DNA of 64,000 nt from Eledone cirrhosa (lineage: Eukaryota). The first letter of the stretch is position 1. Every line of letters starts with the position of its first letter. The stretch is taken from positions 181,412,001 to 181,476,000 of the forward strand of contig OZ024740.1 in NCBI GenBank assembly GCA_964016885.1. Reading direction: 5' to 3'. The position numbers and the translations under genes were made by a program. The notes beneath the pieces were generated by a model that saw only the letters and a program-made list of their open reading frames with translations, was not told where the DNA came from and did not search any database. Shown here piece after piece: positions 1-11,200 of this stretch.

Positions 1-2169
1 TCCTACTCTTATGGCCATGCTGGCAGGATGAATGGGAGAGGAAAGGTTTACTTACCTTCCGGGGTCTTGTGAAGGTCGGGTGGTTCGACCTCCATGGTTT
101 GTGGGGTTTCTTTTGGGAACCCCTTTAATAGTCTTGACGTGGGTTTTACGTTCGGGGTTCCCACATCCCGAGGAAAGCTCTTTCGAATTTCTTTGTATGA
201 AGCGAGCGACATTCGCATCAGAAGCAAATTATCTGGTACGCGAAATGTGCTCGCTTCAAATGTTTCCCCGTCTTTTTCGATGTTTGTGCTTCGTGCTACA
301 TGGGCCATCAATTCCTTGTTGGCCCTTCTGGCAAGCACGAAGTTTTTAATGTTTTGTTGCTCGGGTTTTATTTGTTCGTGTGATTGTGGTGGTGATAGCT
401 TTGTTAGTGTTGTTTCTATTGTGTCTGCGTTTGTTGTGGGTGGGGTGTCTGTAGTTTCTGATGTTTGTGTGTCTATTTGTTCTTGTGTCTGTTTAGCTTG
501 TTTGCGTTTGGGGGATTTTGGTGGTTGTGTTGGTGATGCTGTGGGGAAAATGTTTGTGTGGGTGGTGTGTGTATTTTTTTTTGTGGGGGTGTTTGTGCTT
601 TGTGGATTTCTTTTTTTTTGTGTTTTGTTTTTTGTATTTTGGGGGACTTTGGTTTTCCCTCATCTTCACTGCTGGAGGATGAGGGGTCTGTGGCTGTGAG
701 CGTGTTTGTGTCTGAGTGAGTGTTTATGTTCTTGTTCGTGTGTGTATTTTTGGGGGGGAGGGGGAATGGGAGAGCTTTCCTCGTTTCCCCCCTGGGTGTG
801 CAATTTTGGTGGTTCCATTGTTGACGGTGTTGCTGGTGGTCCTTGTCCCGGCATCGCCAGCAGTGGAATCTTTCGACCCCTTGCGCTTTTCGGCAGTTGA
901 GGGCAGAAGGCTCGCAAGTGTGTCGTTTCCCCACAAAGGAAACAATGCGGCCTTTTGCCCTCAGTCATTATATGCATCACCCTCCCGTTTTGGAGGCGGA
1001 TGTGGTCCGGGATTGCTTTTACGTTTTCGGGTCTGATTTGGAGCAGTATCTCCAGATCAACCCCGGACCAGTCGTCCCTGGCAGTTCTCGTTGCCTCTAC
1101 CGGGACTGTATCCGTTCCTTCCACGATTACGCAACCCAGGAGCCACCACATATCAAGTCCTGGTGGAATCCTGGGAATGCGCACACGTGCTATTCGTTTT
1201 CCCATGTGGGAGGGGTACATTATAACCTTGCTGGTTTTGCAAGGGGTCATTGAATGCTTCACAGCGAGGGCTTCAGACTTGAACAGCACCGAAACGGTGC
1301 CGTATTGCCTGCCCCTCTCTATGAAGTCTGTGTCCTCTCTGATGTATTTCAGTGCGGCTTCTATATCAGCTTGGGCGATTATCGCTGCCCTCTTTGTCTC
1401 TACTGAGATGCATCTGAAATGCACCGTTCTTTTTTCCACTGCCTCAATGGCTTCTGCCGGGACAGTTAAGTTTGCCCAGGTCTGCTCTTGATTTATGATT
1501 TTCCAGGCCTGGGCCAACTTTTCCTCTCTGTTGGTTAAGTCGATGCTGTAGCATGGTCTCCTTTTAGCCGCTGCCACAGCAGCGAAGGTGTTCTTGTTGG
1601 TGTTGTCACTGTTGTTGTTCTTGTTGGTGTTGCTGCTGCTATTGCTGTTGTTGTTCTCCCCTGTGTCGTGGTTACCCTCTGTGCTGTTGGCCTTGTTGGT
1701 GCTGTTGCTGTCGCTACTATTACTCTCTGTGCTGTTCGTTTTGTTGGTGCTCTCGCTATTACCACCTTCTGCGCTGTTCGGCTTGTTGGTGTTGGTGTTG
1801 TCGCTGTTACCACCTTCCGCGCCGCTCGGCCCGTTGGTGCTGGCACTGTCGCTGCTCACATTCGTGCTGGTGGCGCTCCTCGCCTCACCTCTCCTCTCAA
1901 CGCTCAAGTCGCCGTTGCACGACAGCAGACCTGCCTCTAGGGGGCGTGGCTCCTCCATGTTTTTTTGAGAAAAAAATTATTATTTTTTTTCAAAATAAAG
2001 TTCAAATATTTGGGCCAAAAGGCCCAAATATTATGAGTTATTCCTTCACAGGATACAAATTAATGTCTTATAATGCTTCAGCGGTACAAAAAATAAACAA
2101 TTCTCTACAATTAATCCTCAAAAAATTGCTTACTCACGGAGCTTCAAAAAACGTACATCCACTTTCGTC
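1..2169 (-). mobile_element. Tx1/L1-clade non-LTR retrotransposon, family A copy 1 (5' UTR, ORF1 and first 6 codons of ORF2; rest runs off the window)
   Basis: Nearly identical to 5842-8015. ORF2 ATG at 18 (MAIRVG). The 5' end GACGAAAGTGG abuts (AAT)6 at 2170-2187. Confidence 0.93.
666..1958 (-). CDS. ORF1 gag-like nucleic-acid-binding protein, N-terminal 430 aa; true ORF1 probably continues through two homopolymer frameshifts to the stop at 48
   Basis: CCHC knuckle CFLCGETTHLRAFC, TFAAVAA motif, Asn/Ser-rich N-terminus. Position upstream of ORF2. Downstream frames 473-934 and 48-338 resemble the ORF1 C-termini of the other families. Confidence 0.85.
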   Translation of the reverse strand: MEEPRPLEAGLLSCNGDLSVERRGEARSATSTNVSSDSASTNGPSGAEGGNSDNTNTNKPNSAEGGNSESTNKTNSTESNSSDSNSTNKANSTEGNHDTGENNNSNSSSNTNKNNNSDNTNKNTFAAVAAAKRRPCYSIDLTNREEKLAQAWKIINQEQTWANLTVPAEAIEAVEKRTVHFRCISVETKRAAIIAQADIEAALKYIREDTDFIERGRQYGTVSVLFKSEALAVKHSMTPCKTSKVIMYPSHMGKRIARVRIPRIPPGLDMWWLLGCVIVEGTDTVPVEATRTARDDWSGVDLEILLQIRPENVKAIPDHIRLQNGRVMHIMTEGKRPHCFLCGETTHLRAFCPQLPKSARGRKIPLLAMPGQGPPATPSTMEPPKLHTQGGNEESSPIPPPPQKYTHEQEHKHSLRHKHAHSHRPLILQQ

Positions 2170-2187
2170 AATAATAATAATAATAAT
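2170..2187. repeat. (AAT)6 junction/target tract between elements A1 and A2
   Basis: Direct reading. Equivalent tracts at 8016-8042, 14147-14185, 14366-14374 and from 19505. Confidence 0.95.
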
Positions 2188-2439
2188 GATTTCATTTATT
2201 GGCCACAAGGGCCGACATATAGGGGACAACACAATAGACAGGGACAGTGGGGGTTTACATAGAGATCGAGTAAGTATAAATAACAAAAAACAAAATAACA
2301 ATAAAAATACAACAATGAAAGTTCCCCAATAAGAGGGATCACCACCCAGGGTTGACTCAAGCACCCCACCAGTCCTGAGCCACCCGACGCTCCTAGGGCA
2401 CCCGGGAAGGGCACCCCTCTCCTTCTCGAATTCACCAGC

Positions 2440-5400
2440 CTACAGGCGCATGATCAGAGTAGGCCCACTCACGCGGGCCATTCTCGCCACATTCACCCAC
2501 CTTTCAGTAAATGTACTGGGGGGCAGCACTTCTCTCTCCACCCTCACCTTCCTTTCCAAGTGAAACTTGAAGAAGTTGATGAGGGATTGGCCGAAGAGAA
2601 AAGTGTCTGTCTTCAGTCCTTTCAACCTGGTCCACCATGCAACCTCTTTCGCTACTGCCACCAGGCAGAGGAAAATTGCCTGCCCTTCCTGACCAAAAGA
2701 AGGCGGCGGGTCAATCTTCACTATGGACTCGGACGATAGCCGGATCCGTTCTACACGCGACAATAGCTGTTCGACATAACCCCACAAGTCAGCAATGCAC
2801 GGACACTGGACGAGTGCGTGCAGAACGGTTTCGTCGCTCTGCGCGCATCTCGGGCAGGTTCGTCTGACAGCACTTCCGTGCCTGTAGAGTTTATCCCGAA
2901 CCGGCAGCGCCCCCCGGTAGCACTGCCAAGCGAGGGATTTCTGGAAGTTATCCATCGTCCCCGGCTCGAAAGTCCTCCGGAACATACTGGTCAGTTCTAC
3001 TTCGTTGACGCCCAGAGCCTCTCCTAGTACGTCATCGCACTTGCCCTCCACTAATCCTCTATAGAAATCTTGAGTGGAAGTTCCACTGACCGCATTGCCC
3101 ACCTTGCAGAGTGCAGTGAGCGCCTGGCAACATTCCAGATGCCAGTCGCCCAGTCTCGGTCTCTTCTTGACCCAGGACTGCAGCTCAGTCAAAGAGATGA
3201 GCTGCGGAAAGGCCCGTCTAACAAACGGCGACCACACCTGTTCACCGTTTAGGCAAAATATCTGGAGATGTCGCAGCCTCAGCGCATGTCTGCGCATCAT
3301 TAGCCACGGCATGCCCAGCCCTCCACGAAGAGGGTGCTGGCAGCAGATGGACCGCCTCACCAACGGGACCCGTCCCCTCCACAAAAATTTGAAAAGGAGC
3401 CGTTCCAAATTGGCGAGGCGTGGACGGGGGCAAGGCATGACGGTCAGGCGGTAGTAGATGACGGACGCGATGTACGCGTTCGCCACCTCCGCCCGCCCTT
3501 TCAGTGATAGCTTTCTCTCAGCCCATTTCTGGGTGAGGTTGGCTATCCTGCTCGTCACCTCGTCCCAATTCTTATCCACCTGGAGGTCTGGTCCGAACCA
3601 AACCCCGAGCAACTTTACCGGTCCGTCTGTCCAGCGCCCAACGACGCTGTTGGACGGCATGGACTTGCCTCTCCAGGTGCCGAGCTGCAAGCCCACCGAC
3701 TTTTCCGGGTTAAGTTTTGCTCCCGTCAACCTTTCATATTCCTCCAAATGGGTGCGGATCACCTCGATTTCCGAGGTGTCCGACACCATCACGGTGATGT
3801 CGTCCGCATAAGCGGACGCAGCCTTTCTACGTCCCGGTTCGAGCGGGATGCCCTGCAACAACTCCAGCTTCCGCAGTAGAGGCTCAAGAGTCAATACGTA
3901 CAGAAGTGAGGAGAGAGGGCACCCTTGACGGACCGATCGAGAGATCTGAAACGGTTCCGAGAGGTGGCCATTAACTTTGACCACCGAGCAGATGCCGCTG
4001 TACATTGCAGCGATCCAGCTTCTGAAGACGGGGCCGAAGCCAGCCGCCTCGAGGACAGCCTCCAAGTACCGATGGTCGACCCTATCGAATGCTTTCGATT
4101 GATCTAAATTGATCAGAGCCCCACCGAAGCCAGGTTTGCACCCAACCCTCTCTATGATGTATCGCATGAGGTGGAGGTTGTCGTGTATGGACCTGGTCGG
4201 GATTGCGCAAGTTTGCGCCTCCCCAACCAAATCTTTGACGACAAGCGCCAACCTTTTCGCTAACACCTTGGCCAAAATCTTAAACTCTGTGTTGAGCAGG
4301 GTTATGGGCCTGAAATTATCTAGTGTGTCCCTCTTGTTCTCGTCTTTCCTTATCAGCGTCACTACGCCACGGCTCACAGAACTGGGAATGCTCCCGTTCT
4401 GCTGCCAGTTGCAGTAGAGCGCTTCGAGGAGATCGGAGAACAAGTCTGGCATATTTACGTAAAGCTCGTAGGGCAGACCATCCAAACCGGGTGACTTGCG
4501 ACTCGAGCAGCCGACAAGGGCGTCCTGAATTTCGACTGATGTTATCGGCTCTTCGCAGCGCTCAGCGTCGGCCGTCGAGAGGCGTGGCAAGCCGTCGAGG
4601 TAGGGACTGAAGTCCGCCGCCGTCTCCGACTCACCCATCCTCCCGAACAATCGAGCAAAGTGCTGGCGAAAGGCCTCACACATCTGCTTGGAATCGCTCA
4701 GTTCGTGTCCATCTCGATCCGTCAAAGACCGAATTGTGGTTTTGTTTCCACGCTGCGTCTCTGCAAAGCGAGCCCATCGGGCAGCTTTGGTTCCCTCGTT
4801 CCTCAGAGCACGCGCCTTAGCTCTGACAATGCAACCTTCGTGTTTCGCATTGAAGAAATGGTCTAGTGCCATTCTCGCCGCTAGCACGTCTGTTGCAATG
4901 CCACTACAAATAGCCTCGTCTAACTTAGCTATCAGCCCCTCCTCCTTTCTATTTTTCTCTATTGCTACTTCTTTGCTAAATCCTATCGAGGTTGCTCTAA
5001 TCTCTCTTTTGAGTGCCCCCCACCACCTGTTGTTGACAACCCCCCCTGTCAACTTTTGCTTAACTAAGTTGTTGACCCGGTCCCTGTAAGCTTTACGTGC
5101 CGGAAACGACATGTTTAGCTTCCAGTAGCTAGGTCCTAACCTACGTGTCTTATCTAGGTCGACCATACAGATCACAAGCTTGTGATCTGAATAGGCAACC
5201 GTTTTAAAATGTGGACATCCTACACTATTTCTATCTCTTTTCCTAATGAAAATCCTATCTATGTACGATCTAGATGACCCTATGCGATTGGTCCAGGTCC
5301 ATACTGGCGCATTAGGGAAATCTAGTCGGTACCTGTCAGACAGTTGAAACTGGCTGATCAGGTACTTGAGGCTTTTGCACCCCCCGCTCCTATCAGATAC

Positions 5401-5859
5401 TCCCACACAATCCCAGCGTGCTTCTAAGATGCCATTCCAATCCCCTATTAACAGTAAAGGGCGAGACGTAAGCAGAAAGTTTTCCAGGCGCCTAAAGAAG
5501 TCCGGCCGACCGGCCCCAGTAGGGGCGTAGACGGCCACCAGTCTAAAGGCACCACCTTCGCTATTGCTCACGTCCAGGACCACCAACTTTCCGTCAGGAT
5601 CCCGGAAGATTGACCTTACCTCGAGATCCAGACATTTCCTAAACAGCACAGCCACTCCACCTCCCATTCCCGGCCGACTAACAGATGCAAAGATCTGATA
5701 ATCGTCGAAAATCGGCGCCAGTGCGCGTGTGTCGGAAATTCTGGTCTCGCTGATGGCAATTACATCCATTCCTAGTGACCTGAGGTCGTTGAGCAAGTGA
5801 CCTTGCTTCCAGGGCGACCCCAGGCCACGAACATTTAAACTTCCTACTCTTATGGCCAT
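2440..5859 (-). CDS. ORF2 pol protein: AP-like endonuclease + reverse transcriptase + C-terminal CCHC finger (Tx1-like), intact 1139 aa
   Basis: APE motifs SLNVRGL, SETR, GDWN, YIDRIF, SDH. RT motifs KSPGLDG, FRPITLLN, LDQSKAFDRV, RQGCPLS, YADD. C-terminal CPRC..ETVLHALVQC. Confidence 0.97.
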   Translation of the reverse strand: MAIRVGSLNVRGLGSPWKQGHLLNDLRSLGMDVIAISETRISDTRALAPIFDDYQIFASVSRPGMGGGVAVLFRKCLDLEVRSIFRDPDGKLVVLDVSNSEGGAFRLVAVYAPTGAGRPDFFRRLENFLLTSRPLLLIGDWNGILEARWDCVGVSDRSGGCKSLKYLISQFQLSDRYRLDFPNAPVWTWTNRIGSSRSYIDRIFIRKRDRNSVGCPHFKTVAYSDHKLVICMVDLDKTRRLGPSYWKLNMSFPARKAYRDRVNNLVKQKLTGGVVNNRWWGALKREIRATSIGFSKEVAIEKNRKEEGLIAKLDEAICSGIATDVLAARMALDHFFNAKHEGCIVRAKARALRNEGTKAARWARFAETQRGNKTTIRSLTDRDGHELSDSKQMCEAFRQHFARLFGRMGESETAADFSPYLDGLPRLSTADAERCEEPITSVEIQDALVGCSSRKSPGLDGLPYELYVNMPDLFSDLLEALYCNWQQNGSIPSSVSRGVVTLIRKDENKRDTLDNFRPITLLNTEFKILAKVLAKRLALVVKDLVGEAQTCAIPTRSIHDNLHLMRYIIERVGCKPGFGGALINLDQSKAFDRVDHRYLEAVLEAAGFGPVFRSWIAAMYSGICSVVKVNGHLSEPFQISRSVRQGCPLSSLLYVLTLEPLLRKLELLQGIPLEPGRRKAASAYADDITVMVSDTSEIEVIRTHLEEYERLTGAKLNPEKSVGLQLGTWRGKSMPSNSVVGRWTDGPVKLLGVWFGPDLQVDKNWDEVTSRIANLTQKWAERKLSLKGRAEVANAYIASVIYYRLTVMPCPRPRLANLERLLFKFLWRGRVPLVRRSICCQHPLRGGLGMPWLMMRRHALRLRHLQIFCLNGEQVWSPFVRRAFPQLISLTELQSWVKKRPRLGDWHLECCQALTALCKVGNAVSGTSTQDFYRGLVEGKCDDVLGEALGVNEVELTSMFRRTFEPGTMDNFQKSLAWQCYRGALPVRDKLYRHGSAVRRTCPRCAQSDETVLHALVQCPCIADLWGYVEQLLSRVERIRLSSESIVKIDPPPSFGQEGQAIFLCLVAVAKEVAWWTRLKGLKTDTFLFGQSLINFFKFHLERKVRVEREVLPPSTFTERWVNVARMARVSGPTLIMRL

Positions 5860-5888
5860 GCTGGCAGGATGAATGGGAGAGGAAAGGT

Positions 5889-7804
5889 TTACTTACCTTC
5901 TGGGGTCTTGTGAAGGTCGGGTGGTTCGACCTCCATGGTTTGTGGGGTTTCTTTTGGGAACCCCTTTAATAGTCTTGAAGTGGGTTTTACGTTAGGGGTT
6001 CCCACATCCCGAGGAAAGCTCTTTCGAATTTCTATGTATGAAGCGAGCGACATTCGCATCAGAAGCAAATTATCTGGTACGCGAAATGTGCTCGCTTCAA
6101 ATGTTTCCCCCTCTTTTTCGATGTTTGTGCTTCGTGTTCCATGGGCCATCAATTCCTTGTTGGCCCTTCTGGCAAGCACGAAGTTTTTAATGTTTTGTTG
6201 CTCGGGTTTTATTTGTTCGTGTGATTGTGGTGGTGATAGCTTTGTTAGTGTTGTTTCTATTGTGTCTGCGTTTGTTGTGGGTGGGGTGTCTGTAGTTTCT
6301 GATGTTTGTGTGTCTATTTGTTCTTGTGTCTGTTTAGCTTGTTTGCGTTTGGGGGATTTTGGTGGTTGTGTTGGTGATGCTGTGGGGAAAATGTTTGTGT
6401 GGGTGGTGTGTGTATTTTTTTTTGTGGGGGTGTTTGTGCTTTGTGGATTTCTTTTTTTTTTTGTGTTTTGTTTTTTGTATTTTGGGGGACTTTGGTTTTC
6501 CCTCATCTTCACTGCTGGAGGATGAGGGGTCTGTGGCTGTGAGCGTGTTTGTGTCTGAGTGAGTGTTTATGTTCTTGCTCGTGTGTGTATTTTTTTTGGG
6601 GGGGAGGAGGAATGGGAGAGCTTTCCTCGTTTCCCCCCTGGGTGTGCAATTTTGATGGTTCCATTGTTGACGGTGTTGCTGGTGGTCCTTGTCCCAGCGT
6701 CGCCAGCAGTGGAATCTTTCGACCCCTTGCGCTTTTCGGCAGTTGAGGGCAGAAGGCTCGCAAGTGTGTCGTTTCCCCACAAAGGAAACAATGCGGCCTT
6801 TTGCCCTCAGTCATTATATGCAACACCCTCCCGTTTTGGAGGCGGATGTGGTCTGGGATTGCTTTTACGTTTTCGGGTTTGATTTGGAGAAGTATCTCCA
6901 GATCAACTCCGGACCAGTCGTCCCTGGCAGTTCTCGTTGCCTCTACCGGGACTGTATCCGTTCCTTCCACGATTACGCAACCCAGGAGCCACCACATATC
7001 AAGTCCTGGTGGAATCCTGGGAATGGGCACACGTGCTATTCGTTTTCCCATGTGGGAGGGGTACATTATGACCTTGCTGGTTTTGCAAGGGGTCATTGAA
7101 TGCTTCACAGCGAGGGCTTCAGACTTGAACAGCACCGAAACGGTGCCGTATTGCCAGCCCCTCTCTATGAAGTCTGTGTCCTCTCTGATGTATTTCAGTG
7201 CGGCTTCTATATCAGCTTGGGCGATTATCGCTGCCCTCTTTGTCTCTACTGAGATGCATCTGAAATGCACCGTTCTTTTTTCCACTGCCTCAATGGCTTC
7301 TGCCGGGACAGTTAAGTTTGCCCAGGTCTGCTCTTGATTTATGATTTTCCAGGCTTGGGCCAACTTTTCCTCTCTGTTGGTTAAGTCGATGCTCTAGCAT
7401 GGTCTCCTTTTAGCCGCTGCCACAGCAGCGAAGGTGTTCTTGTTGGTGTTGTCACTGTTGTTGTTCTTGTTGGTGTTGCTGCTGCTATTGCTGTTGTTGT
7501 TCTCCCCTGTGTCGTGGTTACCCTCTGTGCTGTTGGCCTTGTTGGTGCTGTTGCTGTCGCTACTATTACCCTCTGTGCTGTTCGTTTTGTTGGTGTTCTC
7601 GCTATTACCACCTTCTGCGCTGTTCGGCTTGTTGGTGTTGATGTTGTCGCTGTTACCACCTTCCGCACCGCTCGGCCCGTTGGTGCGGGCACTGTCGCTG
7701 CTCACACTCGTGCTGGTGGCGCTTCTCGCCCCACCTCTCCTCTCAACGCCCATGTCGCCGTCGCACGACAGCAGACCCGCCTCTAGGGGGCGTGGCTCCG
7801 CCAT
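5889..7804 (-). pseudogene. ORF1 of family A copy 2, disrupted
   Basis: TAC>TAG nonsense change at 7394-7396 relative to copy 1, plus frameshifts in homopolymers at ~6590 and ~6452-6462. CCHC knuckle retained. Confidence 0.88.
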
Positions 7805-8287
7805 GTTTTTTTGAGAAAAAAAATTATTATTTTTCCAAAATAAAGTTCAAATATTTGGGCCAAAAGGCCCAAATATTATGAGTTATTCCTTCACAGGATA
7901 CAAATGAATGTCTTATAATGCTTCAGCGGTACAAAAAAATAAACAATTCTCCACAATTAATCCTCAAAAAATTGCTTCCTCACGGAGCTTCAAAAAACGT
8001 ACATCCACTTTCGTCAATAATAATAATAATAATAATAATAATGTTTTCTTTATTAACCACAAGGGTTTACATAAAGTAGACATTAAGGACAGTACAGGAT
8101 AATACGGGACGGTACAAATGGGCATTTCTGCGTGTAAAAAAAACAGAGGAGGAAAATAAAATAACAAAGAAAAATTCCCCAATAGGGGGGAGACTTCCGA
8201 GGGACATTTGTGGAGAAAGCCCATTAAAAGACCACAGTGGCCCTGACCACCAGGGCAAGTGCCCTTTCCCAATTTTCCACCTTTAAT

Positions 8288-11200
8288 TTACAGACACATA
8301 CTCAGAGAAGGCCCATTCATTCGGGCCATACTTGTTTCTCTCACCCATCTTTCAACAAAATGCTGGGAAGAGAGCACTTCCCTCTCTACCCTGATTTTCC
8401 TTTTCACATGAAATTTGAAAAAGTTAATCAGGGTATCACCGAAGAGGTAAGTGCTCGTCTTCAGCCCTTTCAAACGTGTCCACCATACTATCTATTTCGC
8501 CATGGCCACCAGACAGATAAAAACTGCCTGCCCTTCCCGGCTAAAGGAAGAGTGCGGGACAATCCTCACGAAGGACTCAGCTGATAGCTGGATCCGTCCT
8601 ACACGTGACAGCAGGTGTTCGACATAAACCCACAAGTCAGCAATGCTTGGACACTGGACGAGTGCGTGCAGGACGGTTTCGTCGCCCTGTGCGCATCTCG
8701 GACATGCCCGGCTGACGGCACCTCCATGCCTGTAAAGTTTATCCCGAACTGGCAAAGCTCCTCGGTTTGCACTGCCAGGCCAGGGATTTCTGGAAGTTGT
8801 CCATAGGCCCTGGCCCGAAAGTCCTTCCGAAGAGATTGGCTAGTTGATTTTCGTCGACGCCTAGAGTTTCTCCAAGTACGTCGTCGCTCTTCCCCTCCAC
8901 TAATCCCCTATAGAACGCCAAGGTGGCGATTCCACCGATCACATTGCCCGATTGGTCGAGGGCTGTGAGCGCCTGAAGATATTCCAGTCTCCAAGCGCTC
9001 CCTCTCGGTCTTCGCTTGACCCAGGACTGCAGCTCCGTCAAGGAGACGAGCTGGGGAAAAACGTGTCTAGCAAACGGCGACCACACCTGATCACCGTCGA
9101 GGAAGAGGTGGAGATGTCGTAGCCTGAGCGCGTGTCTGCGCATCATCAGCCACGGCATGCCCAGCCCTCAACGTAGAGGGTGTTGACAGCAGATGGACCG
9201 CCTGACCATCGGAGCGCGTCCCTTCCACAAGAAGCGAAAGAGCAAACGCTCCAGCGCAGTCAGGCGAGGCTTAGGACAAGGTACGACAGTCAGGCGGTAG
9301 CAGATATACGGACGCGATGTACGCGTTAGCCACCTCCAATCGACCTTTCACGGATAGCTTCCTCTCGGCCCATTTCTGGGTGAGAGAAGCCACCCTGCTC
9401 GTCACCTCGTCCAAGTTTTTGTCCGTCTGGAGGTCTGGACCGAACCAGACCCCTAGCAATTTAACCGGTCCGTCCGTCCAGCGCCCGACGACGCTGTTGG
9501 ACGGCATGGACCTGCCTCTCCAGGTGCCGAGCTGCAGGCCCACTGACTTTTCCTGGTTGATCATTGCTCCTGTCACCGCTTCGTATTCTCTTAGTGTAGT
9601 GCCGATCGCCTCGATGTTTTTGGCGTTCGACACCACTACGGTGACATCGTCGGCATATGCTGACACGGATCTTCCGCATCCTAGTTCACGCGGGACCCCC
9701 CTCAACGTCTCCAGTTTGTGCAGTAATGGCTCGAAAGTCAATACGTACAATAGGGACGAGAGGGGACATCCTTGGCGGACCGAGCGCATGATGTTGAACG
9801 GTTCCGAAAGGTGACCGTTCACTCTCACTACAGAGCAGATGTTGCTGTGAATGGCAGCGATCCACCCTCTGAAGACGGGCCCAAAGCCAGCCGCCCTCAG
9901 GACTGCCGCTAGGTAACGATGGTCGACCCTATCGAAGGCTTTCGACTGATCTAAATTGATCAAAGACCCACCCGTGCCAGGTTCCCTAGCTACCCTCTCT
10001 ACGATGTATCGCATGAGGTGGAGGTTGTCGTGGATGGATCTGTCGGGAATGGCGCATGTCTGTGCCTCTCCCACCAGACCACCAACGACAAGCGCCAACC
10101 TCTTTGCTAGCACCTTGGCCAAAATCTTGAACTCTGTGTTTAGCAGAGTTATGGGCCTAAAATTATCTATGTTATCCCCCTTGTTCGGATCCTTTCTCAG
10201 CAGCGCCACCGCTCCTCGGTTCTCAGAGCTGGGAATTCTCGCGTTCTGTTGCCAGTTGCAGTAGACGTCCGCCAAGAGGCCTCCGAATAAGTTTGGCATT
10301 TGTAGGTAAAGTTCACAGGGCAGACCATCCAAACCAGGCGATTTACCCCTTGTGCAACTAGTCATTGCATCCCGTACTTCAGCGGTTGTTATCGGCTTTT
10401 CGCAACACTCCGCCTCAGTGGCCGAAAGCCGCGGCAGTCCGTCGAGGTGGACAATAAAGTCCATCCCTCGATCCGGCCCGCCACTGCCCCCGAACAGTTG
10501 AGCGAAGTGTCGCTGAAAAGCTTCACACATTTTCCCGGGATCGAGTAGCATGCGCCCGTCGTGGTCCACCAAAGACAGGATCGTGGCTTTGTTGCCACGA
10601 CGCGCCTCCGCCACTCGGGCCCATTGAACGGCTTTCGTCCCCTCGTGTCTGAGAGCACGCACCCTAGCTCTGACACCGCAGCCTTCGTGCTTTGCATTGA
10701 AGAATTGGTCAAGGGCCAATTTCGCCGCAAGTACGTCGGTCGCGATGCCTTTGCTAAGCGCCTCATCTAATTTTCTAACTAATTCTCCCTCTGCTCTATT
10801 TTTCTCTATTGCTAAAGCCTTACTAAACCTAACGGACTCTATTCTAATTGCTCTTTTCAGAGCAAACCACCACTTGTTGTTGACGATGGCCCCCGTCAAC
10901 GCCCGCTTAACTAGTTCGCTAATCCGGTCTCTGTAGGCCTTGCGCGCTGGTAAGGACGCGTTTAGCTTCCAGTAGCCGGGTCCTCGTCTATGAAGCCTAT
11001 CTAAGTCAAGCACACAGATCACGAATTTGTGGTCCGTGTAGCTGACTATCTTGAATTGTGGACAGCCTATGCTAGACCTATCTATTTCCCTACAAAATAC
11101 TCTATCTAGATATGATCTGGATGACCCTATACGATTTGTCCAAGTCCACATTGGTACATTCGGGAAATCCATTCGGTACCTGTCAGACAGTTCAAAACGT

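Larger units (their letters stand above)
2188..8015 (-). mobile_element. Full-length Tx1/L1-clade non-LTR retrotransposon, family A copy 2 (~5.8 kb)
   Basis: 5' UTR, ORF1, intact ORF2 and a 3' UTR with AATAAA (2195-2200 on -) followed by (ATT)n. Flanked by AAT tracts on both sides. Confidence 0.95.

Noticed and set aside
5861-5896. 36-nt GT..AG mini-intron fusing ORF1 to ORF2 in family A
   Set aside because: Splicing gives GAA G|CA TGG, out of frame with the ORF2 ATG, and families B and C have no AG immediately before their ATG.
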